In this document: positions 54,130 through 64,000 of the stretch, piece by piece
How the letters are laid out: each line of letters opens with the position of its first letter
Position numbering within the stretch: the stretch's first letter is position 1
Source of the DNA: Paramecium tetraurelia
Lineage: Eukaryota
Direction: 5' to 3'
Assembly (NCBI GenBank): GCA_000165425.1
Contig: CT868252.1
Span: 310,001-374,000, forward strand
Length of the DNA stretch: 64,000 nucleotides
Notes under the pieces: generated by a model
The model's database searches: none
Told to the model about the DNA's origin: nothing
Seen by the model: the letters and a program-made list of their open reading frames with translations, nothing else
Made by a program: the position numbers and the translations under genes

Positions 54130-56110
54130 ATAGGCATTAAGAGTTTGTGGATGGTTTAATATCGTCATCCATTAGTATGTGCCTCAAAGTGAATTCTAGA
54201 GTATAATTTGCTGATCCTCACTTATATTGGGTATTTGTTGACAACTCTTGAACAAAATCTATCAAAATTATGTTTGGCTAACAAACTCTTTAGATCTTTG
54301 CTAAATGCAGTATTTAAAGCACGTTAGCTCATAGTAAATAAAAGAGTAGGAAGACTTTCTTCTTTTTAATATTTGCAACACTCTTTTCACTTAAACTGAT
54401 TAAAATTAAAATTTGTGATACTCATTTCTATTTGCTTGAAGTCTTTTGTAATCATTGATATCTGAATGCTGTAAGCCATAATAAATTGCAAAACTCAAAA
54501 GTCTTTCATTCAGTTTAGCTAGTTTAAGTTCAGCATTTTGATAGTGTTTTAAGATACTGTTTGTTTTTTAATGGTTTTTATTTTTAAATTATGTTTCTTG
54601 TTTATAGTATTCATATTTATATGTAATCCTAAAGATTGATTGAATATCTGTATTTTTTTGATACTATTCTTCAAATGATCTTATAAAAATTAATAATTTT
54701 AATTTAATTTCAGCACCACAAAAATGAAGGAACATACAAACATCTCAATAATTTGTATTTAGATAAAAATTTGATCATTTATTATATTTGAGTATAATCT
54801 TCTTTAAATTTATTCATTGAAACAAAGAATTTACTAAAAATAGAACGATCATTAAATTTAGTTTGAGAATACTAAGATAGTATCAATAGCTAGGAGTAAA
54901 AAGTACACAAGATCTGCAATTAATTAAAAATTGTATAAATTCGAATAACATAAATGAATTCAGAATTACTTACGATGAAATATTCAAGTATTAATACTTT
55001 AATAAAAGAAACTAAGAAATTCTAATGTTTCTTTTTATAAACCTTCTTCAAATTCATTACTTGGATGAGCAAATAATCAATAGCCATTCAGATGGGTGGA
55101 ATCTACTTTTCATTGTCTCACAAATTCTTTAAAATACTTACCTATGCTTTTAAATGTAATTTAGAGTAAAGTAACATCGTATTAGTAATTACAATAATAG
55201 TTTTATTGTATTAATAGATAAAATTTAATCTGTTTTCTCCTGTCGAACTGTAATGAAAGTACTGTGAATGAGATAACTATCCTATCATTATAAGTAGATT
55301 TTATATATTATATTTACTTAAAATCATAAAAAATTCTGAATTCTTAGCTTTATGATCTTCCTTGTATATGAAGTAGATAATTTTACTATAGAGACCAGCT
55401 TAACTTTGTTATTTTTGTAAAATAAAGGTGAGAATTGAGTAGATGACCAATGTATAATGAAATTTAACTATATTTTAAGAATCGGAAATGAACTCATCTA
55501 AATTTATTGCTTCATTAATATGCAACATATGCATTTTGTATTATTATAAAAATGTTTTCATATCTTAATTTATGTTTATATTAAAAATAATATTAATAAT
55601 TCATAATGCCTCATGTATTAGAAGATTTAAGGAGAGTTTTTCCAAAAAAGTCTCTACTACTCCAAACCTATATGTTAGGTTGTTTCTACTTAATACATTA
55701 ACAATTGAATTGTGATGAAAAGAAGAAAGAGAAACAGACAATGCCAATATGGAGATCAAAATTAATTGAAAATCAGCACTAGCGACATTTGAAATAATTT
55801 TAATTGAAAATCTTAATTGATTAGCAAATACCACTCAAACCTCAACTCAAATCATCATATGGCTTGATGGAATTTAGTAATAGATGGTCATTTATATTTT
55901 AGGAACACCGTAATTTGTTGGGTTTCCAAACTTGGAGTAGCCAAATTCAACATCATAAGTGGTATTATTTGAGTAATTCTTTAGCATACTTTATAAATTG
56001 ACTCAAAGCAAATTCAGAATTTCAGTTTGGATGACTTATCAACTATAGAAAGTGAATTTGTCCCAGATTTGAAGACAGATTTACAAATACAGAAATCTGT
56101 GGACATGACA
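54130..56110. pseudogene. Two probable decayed genes (minus about 54130-54700, plus about 54724-56108)
   Basis: Coding-like fragments (minus NAELKLAKLNERLLSFAIYYG; plus FSLDDLSTIESEFVPDFEDRFTNTEICGH) broken by stops and shifts. Confidence 0.45.
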
Positions 56111-56227
56111 TAAAGTTGTATTTTTTGATTTGTTTTTTTATTACTTCTCTTATGTAATATAATCTATATATATATAAAGAAATATATATATTTTAAATTG
56201 TCTATTCAATCAGTTATTTATTTAAAA

Positions 56228-57792
56228 ATGTCTTAAAAATCAAAAACACTACTGCAACTACTTCAGCAATAATAGCATTTCCATGATGATATCAACACAT
56301 CTTTGGAGTCTAATTACAGACATAGTTCAGAACATACAGAAAAGAAGTTTGATCTCAAATTACAAAAATCCATACTCGATCTCTATTCATAAATTAAGAG
56401 CAACATCCTCAAAACTGAAGATCATGTACAAATCCTATTCCAAATTAGTTGTTATTATGCTAAATAAGAAAGTTAGTGCCTTTGGACAAACCAGAAGATC
56501 TCTACACAGATCCAAATAGTTTAATTTGTTATATAGGCTGCATTTTCACAGTCCTAATGCAAGATAAAGTATTTTTTAAATCTTATTAGTTAAATTTAGA
56601 ATAATAAGTAGAGGAACAAAAAATTAGAGATTAAAGTGATTATGAAGAATAATTGATTAAATTGGAAGCCGAGATTAGATAACACATAAGAGTAATTTAC
56701 ATTCTTAAAATATTAGATTGAATAATAATTGAAGTTGTTTGCAGAAAATACACAATCAAAATTGGAAGATGCTTTGAAAATAAAAGAAGAATAAGAAGAA
56801 GAATTATAAGCAATCAAAAGTGATTTTTAAGTCTTATATGAAAAGAACAACGCCTTGAATCAGAAACTAAAATCATAGGAGAAGGAAATCTAAATGATTA
56901 AAAATAATAGTACAATAGACACTACAAACCAATCTCTTAAATCTACTTTAAATAATCAAAAGTCTTAATACAAAAAGGAGAACATTGAAAATGAACATCC
57001 AAAATAGCAATCTATTACAATAAATTTATAAGTTGATAAGTAGAAGCCTCCTCTTTAAGATTATGTATGATTTATAACAATTCAATAGCAAGACAGAATC
57101 TAAACTGATCCATAAGATGATTATTTTAAGCCTAGAAATGATTCTCATAAAAGAATTATTTCAACTCATGTTGCAAATACTCAAAATAACAAATCTACTT
57201 ATTTAGCTTCAAGAACACAAACAGAATCATGTGAATATTAAGAACGAAAAAGAAAACATAATTCATCTCATTATGAAACTTAAAATGTTTAAAAACACCA
57301 GAGAAATAAGACAGCTTAAAATGTATTAAATCTGATAAGTAATAAATATTCATATCTCAGAAGATCAGGAACTAAAGCGTCAATAATCAGTAAAAGCATG
57401 TTAAGATAAAGCTTAAAGTAATTAAAATAAAGTTATGAAAAAACCATCAACATCTTAACATGCTGAACCTAATAGGTCCAACAATTCTGTTCATAGTTTT
57501 CGTAAATAGCCAACTGAGGTGAGTCAAATTCCTCGACCTTTTTCATGCGCTGAATAAATTGAAGAATCACATCATTCCGTAAATTGTTTAATTATCTTAG
57601 TTTTAAAAGGATCTAAGTATGGATATGGGCAATTATTAGAAACAAAATGGAGATTATTAAGATAATTAACAATAAATTAAGAAGCTATTACAATAATATC
57701 AATAGAAACATAGTCTAAATGACACTTTAACCAAAAAATTACTTTAAGAATACAAAAAAAGATAAGGATACAACTGTAAGACAATCTATTGA
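56228..57792 (+). CDS. Hypothetical coiled-coil protein
   Basis: LQKSILDLYSQIK; DYEEQLIKLEAEIRQHIR|IEQQLKLFAENTQSKLED; several tiny introns; TGA at 57790-57792. Confidence 0.8.
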
Positions 57793-58019
57793 TAATTAAT
57801 TAATTTTTATTCATATTATTTATAGATTAGATTAGAATTGAATTTTTCTTATTATTAAATATCAAAATAACTTAGAACTCTGAAATGTAGATGTTTTATT
57901 TTGATTTTGATTTTATTATTCATATAACACTATAAAATATTTAATAAATTCGTATGTTATAAAATTTGATCAACAACTTTTAATAATATGAACTTGAAAT
58001 TATATATTTATATATGATA

Positions 58020-61000
58020 TCATAATGATTCTAATCTTCTTGCTGTATTTTCTTCTAACCACTTTATAAATGTTTTATCTTGGTATTATCCAAACTTTTC
58101 TTATTCCAAAAATTGAGAGGCTGCTGTTGTTGCAGCAGATTAATATTCTTCCAATATTTTGACGTCCGTGCAATCCAATTAAGCTTGACTTTCTATAAAA
58201 ATCATTTGGTAATCTTACCTGGTAAATCGTATTCTGGAACAATACGTAGATATTTTCCTTAATTTTTCTTCAATTCTAAATCTACAAAATCTTAGTTGCT
58301 CTCTCCAAAAGCATCTAAAATCCTTACTACTCCCATTATACCTTCATCAACTTAAAGATGTTACTTCTATTTTGATACCTAATGATATATATAAAACCCT
58401 TACCCCAGTCGATATACTGAGAACGAAGAAGTTATCTTTATCTTTATTGAGCATGCCCTTTTTTAAATCATCTAAAACCAAATTTGCAGGATTGTTCTTA
58501 CCAACACCCCCGTCAATAAATTAATACTCTTTGCCAGCTAACGACTTAATTTAAGCAGCTGGGAAATATGTTGGTGCTGCAGAAGTTGCTCTGCCAACAT
58601 CTTTAATAAGGAAGTTTTCAGTTAGATCTAATTTAGCTTTTCTTGAACTGAACACTTTGGCCATATTATCTCCCTTATGTTTTTATAGTTTTACTGCAGT
58701 CACTATTACATTTGTGTGAGGCAAAGTCTCACTCAATTTGGCAGTTCCAGTATATCTAAAAATCTAACCATTCTTAATAAATACCTTTACAAAACTGATT
58801 CAATTCCTTTGGCATCATACTTTGATTTATTAATCAAACTCCAAACACCTCTCTTCTATTGATCAAATATTATCTTGCCATCCTCTGTAAAGAATTTCAC
58901 AAGTTAATCCTTGTCTGCTAATGGATGAACTCCATCTTAAGTTCCAGTCATGGCCAATGCCAAGATTCCTCCAATAGAAGTACCACCAACACAATCAAAG
59001 ATTTAATAGGGCTCTTTTTTAATCTCACTACATATATAATTTATAATAGTGGCTGGCATCAATCCTCTGATACCTCCTCCGTCAATTGATAAACCCATTT
59101 AACAATAATCTTATACATCTATTCTCAAAGTGTCTTGTTTGTAAAATGGATCATAAAAGTATATATCTTTATTAGATTCCTCCTTAATTTCCATAATGTT
59201 CTTTATTTTCGAAAGTCCAAGTTTGTAAAAGGTTCTTTACTTAATATCATTATTACTAATATTCAATTTAAATTTAACCAAAGAAATATTTGATTTAAGT
59301 AGTTCAACTAATTATTTCATCTCTTCCTCAGTTATAATAGGTAATGTTATTTCTAAGTTTTTTATACTAGAATAATTGAAAATCTTCAAAAATTCTTCGT
59401 CATAATGTGCTTGATGGGATAAAATAATCTCTAAACTATTAAGATGAGTGTTTTTCATAATTTCTTAAATCAAAATTGCTTAGCTTGTTTTTTAATTGTT
59501 CTAATAGTACAATGTTGTTAATGATTTACTTTTTCCAATTGATTTTGATAGCTATTACATTCCTTCTTCACTAAAACTATTTTTTCTTAAATCCAAAATT
59601 TATAGCATGTAACTTTAAGCGACAAAATCACAAAAAGGTTAAATATCCAAATTCTATTCAAAACAATTTCGTAAGATTGTACTCTTTAAATATAACATAT
59701 TCTATTCTTTGTTCTACCACTACTTCTCTTCAATTTCAGCAAGAATCTGGAAATTTGCATCTCCTATCAAATTCTCACTAAGATTAATATTATTCAGAGG
59801 AATCTTGGCTAAATTTCTTCCATCTTCAAATAACTTATTCAAGCTTTTTTTGGTCAAATGATTTTAACTCAAATCAATTAATTTTAAATTCTCACATTCC
59901 CAGAAATACTCTGCTATTTCCAACAAAATTTTATCATCAATGCCTGCATTTCTTAATATTAATTATTGAATATTGACTTATATGATATTATTAACTTAAA
60001 ATATGTTCTTTAAATTTTCTCTCTCAAGACTATTCCCTGAAAAATCAATCTATTGTATATGGATTTATTTATCATTCCTTTATATTTTTTCAAAGAATTT
60101 GCCAATGATATCATTACCTATTACCTTCAGGTTGGTAAAACTAATATTTAAAGTAGTTCTATAATTTTAAATTTATCTAATTAATTAGGCTACTTTATCT
60201 ATAATATCTTCTTTTGAGCAGGGAATTGTAAGTGATTCTACTTTTAAAAAGAATTCTTTTGCAATTTATTTAACTTTGGAATCCTAATCTTCTATTGTTA
60301 AATGGATTGCTTAGATAAAATCACCTAAGAATTAATCTAATATTTTTATCCTTTCCTAGCCTCTATTCTTTAACATCGATTTCAAATCAAGTTGTTTAAT
60401 TTACTCATTCTAAAACAAGCATGTGAACAAGCACTACAATATCTTTTTCTTATTCTATTCATCAAATTTGTTCTGGAGAAATCCTCTAAATTAGAATTCA
60501 AAATCATCACTAATAATCCCATTTTTCAAAAAGAATTAAGGGAATGGAGATTTTATATATTGATCCTAATGTAATATTTTATCATACAAATCACTCAACA
60601 ATTAAAATATCAACTCTAAATAAATTTTATCGTAATTAAATTCCTTATCTACATCTATTATTAGTTATGGCTAAACAAATCCTTTCAAAGAACCTTAGGA
60701 TGTATGTTCATCAAATAGAATCCTCACTCCTTAGATTATCCAAAGTTAAACTATCTCTAACTGTAATGATACACAACCTTTAGCTTAAACTCGTGTTAAT
60801 TTGATTTTGTTTGTGTATACTGTTTAAAGATTCTTGCAGTAATTGACATTTAAATTTTATAGAAATTGTCCACTAATCTCAATCGATTTTACATTTGGTA
60901 AATTCTAAGCAATTAATGTTTTTAATCTCTAAAATTAGAGTTGCTTTTAATTTCCAATATTTAAGATATTCGAAATCTATCCAATTTAATGCACATTCTA

Positions 61001-64000
61001 ACATCCACTCAGATTTAAAACATGTAATTCAGTACAATGTTAAGCAATGTCAAATAGAAAATTATCATTTACAGCATCAACGTATGATAAATTAAGAATT
61101 TTGATTCTAATTAATTACAAAGATTGAAATAATTGGGGAAATTATTTAGATTACAATTCTTTAAAGTTAACTAGTTCGAAAGGCTTATTAAAATCTTTTG
61201 AATAATCAGACAATTACTAGAATGCAATTTGAATTTCATTGTCTTTGAAATTTCTCCATTCAAAACTTTTCATTAACATTTAAAAATGTTATTGTTTCTT
61301 TATTACAGCAAGCTTTTTATGGAAATTCTACAAAGTAGTCGTTGACAGCAATCTGGAATATTTGAGAAACATTTTCAATCCTTTATAGGGACCAATCATA
61401 TTCCTTACATTAAATCCAGATGGATATTTCATATAAGCAAAACTCTCTCTAAAATTTATGAAATCAGACAATATTAAACTATCAGAGTTGGTAGAGAGTT
61501 GTGGTAATTCAACAAATTTATTAATTAAATTAAGAGTATGATTTTCTATTAAGATTTAATAAAATTCTCCTAAATTCTTATCGCATAATTTCAATAAGTC
61601 CAAGTATGTAATATGAAAGTTGGGTTTTGTGATTAAATTTTAAATTATGGTAGCTCTCCTAACTAACTCAATCATATTCTCCTTATATAATGGTAATAAT
61701 AATAGTCCAGCTGATTATGATGCAGTAGCTTCAATTTAACTTAATTGTTTGAGCCATTGTTGAATAGTTAATGTAATATTCTAAAAGTTTTGTAAGAGTT
61801 AATAATCTATTTTTTCCTTCATAAATTGCATTAAGAAGTAAATATTATGACAACATAGCTTAACACTCTCACCTTCTCTTTCAAAACCATGGGAATTGAT
61901 GAAGTTATCAAATTGAGGATTGAAATAGAAATTAGTAGAAACTGGTGACAAGTAATTTCCACAAGGGACTAATAACTCTTCATCAGGAGAGGTATTTGTA
62001 GATAATAATAAGATACAGAGTACAATTTTATTAGCCAAATTATAATTTCCAATACAATTTCTTAATCTTTACTCATTGTATTCATTGTGTTACAAAAATT
62101 GAGCAATTGTTACTTTTGATCTTTTGTTGTTATTGAATTGATTTATTACTTAATAGACTGAATAGATTTATTAATCATTTTGAATTAATTCAACCCTTGA
62201 ACTAAATTAATCTAACTGTATTAATTGATATAATTAGGAAGCCATAAACTTTTATAAGGGGAAATTAGGTTGAATAAACAATAATTAGTTAATGAATGGA
62301 TCATTAACTTTTAGAACTGAGTAATTCTTATTATTATTCTTGTTAATCTATGCAATTAAACTCAATTCCAAATAACTAGGAATTTCTCCCTAATTCCCCA
62401 ATTGGTTATTAACGAATATCTATTTATATTACTCTTCCTTTAAACTCCAAAATCCACGACCCAATATTTTTAGAGTATGATCTCCAAAGTTTTTAACTAT
62501 TTAATTCCAAAAATGATCCCATCTCAATCTTCCTTCCAATTAGGGATGAATCTTTGCAATCTAATCAAATATTTATTCATGATATTTTGTATCATTCTCT
62601 GATAAATTTGAAAAATATGCAGATTATGAAAATAGATTCTAAGTTTCATCCAGAAGGTAATTAAAATATTCAAATCTAATCTTCTATCCTTAATTGTTTT
62701 CCAATAATTTTAATAAAAGATAAAATTTCTTATGTTTCAATGCACTTTCCACTAAAGTGATGTGTTTTCCAAATCCTAAGTCTCCCTTAAAACATTTATT
62801 CATCAAATACAATATTAAGATATGGGAATTTCTTTCATTTTCTTAAACTTACTCTAAGGATTCAAAAATATTCAAATTTAACTTTGTGTAGTTTTCTTTA
62901 AAAAATAATATTGCCAATAGTTCAACAAATAGAGTATTATTAAACTAACATTACGACTAGATAGAATAGTTCGCTTTAAATGCCTACTTCCATAAATCTA
63001 ATTCAAACCAAGAATCATTAAACCCTTTGACAATTGAATCATATATATGCTCTTATTAACTGACAAATTGTGTGTCTAAATGGAAATTCAGATTTGCCAA
63101 AAAGTCCAAAAGTTTAATCCTATTCGTTAAACTAATTTCGTATTGGATATCTATTTTTTAACAGCAATTTATGATAATCCATTTTGGTCCTTGCAGATAA
63201 TATTGGGACAACAAATTGGGATTTTATGTTTATTTTCCAACTGATTTCTCATGCTACTATTCCAATTGATTTAGATCTTATTTTATCTATCTAATTTAAT
63301 TATTATATTTAGTGATATGTTTTGCATCTATAATTTTATGAATTAATTCCTCTAAGTTTATTTTACCCAAGTATTCTTAATATTCACTTAATGTTGAAAA
63401 TCTACTTGTGTCCAATCTTTAAAATTAAAAGAACACCTAATTCATTTTTTCAGTTATTTAAATTAATCGAACACATAATTACTAGGGAAAGATTACTTCT
63501 TGAACTGTTATTAAGGTATCCTCTAATTTCTTAATTTTTTAGTATGTCAATTGCATCATATCATAAGTTACTTAAAGTGATTTGTATCTCACCACTTCAT
63601 TCTTTTCTTCTTACTTGTAATGAAAATCATTCAATTATGTATCTGAAAGGAATTAAAAGAAATTCAATAAATTTTCAAAAATGTTTTATGGTTAAAATTT
63701 ATCAAATTCAGCTGGTTTATAGGTTTCTTCAAAAATGTATTTTTTATAATACAAGAGTGGGTTTTTAAATTGTTCATACATAGTTAATTGAGGGGATATA
63801 TCTTTCGAAAAGGAAGCCTATAGATCCCCATAGTATTATGGAATAACACTATCTAGATGATCAGTGCATTGTAAAGCCAAGTAGTGTTTGGCAAACTCAA
63901 TCTTATCGATGACTAAATCGGATTATACAACTTTTGCAGTAATGAAGAAATAAGAGTACTATTTCCTCAACTCCTTGTTTTTTGATTCATAAGACGAAAT
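58020..64000 (-). CDS. Large LRR + patatin-like phospholipase protein, 5' end outside the window
   Basis: Patatin motifs GLSIDGGGIRG, GGTSIGG (GxSxG), RATSAAPTYFP, LIDGGVGKNNP at about 58080-59100; LRR-like units (IDFSGNSL, LILRNAGI, IDLSQNHL, LDLRKNSF) upstream; the frame appears open to 64000 where checked. Confidence 0.88.

Noticed and set aside
63555..63570. Apparent in-frame TGA in the patatin gene
   Set aside because: On re-reading it is out of frame; the coding frame VVRYKSLQVTYDMMQL is open.

Overview
AT-rich, gene-dense eukaryotic DNA from a ciliate macronucleus, almost certainly Paramecium (inference). TAA/TAG read as Gln, TGA is the only stop, introns are tiny GT..AG introns of about 20-30 nt, and intergenic spacers are often under 80 nt. 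The supplied standard-code ORF track therefore shows only fragments, and I re-translated genes by hand with the ciliate code. About 23 gene models: PTEN-like phosphatase, an 8.8-kb IP3-receptor-type Ca2+ release channel, SNF1/AMPK-like kinase, AN1 zinc-finger CaaX protein, NPSN-type Qb-SNARE, a domesticated piggyBac transposase (PiggyMac-like, degenerate DDD triad), a small secreted 8-Cys peptide, two MORN proteins, Pescadillo, a double-FHA protein, an RNASEK-like micro-protein, TRAPPC8, CCDC153/DRC12, a WDR62/MAPKBP1-like WD40 protein, a zf-4CXXC_R1-like protein, a large LRR-patatin protein running off the right end, and several hypotheticals. Decayed loci are interspersed, including a very-large-GTPase (VLIG) and a sphingosine-kinase pseudogene. 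I saw no rRNA, tRNA, CRISPR array, telomeric repeat or intact mobile element. Family assignments rest on motifs recognised by eye; no database search was run.
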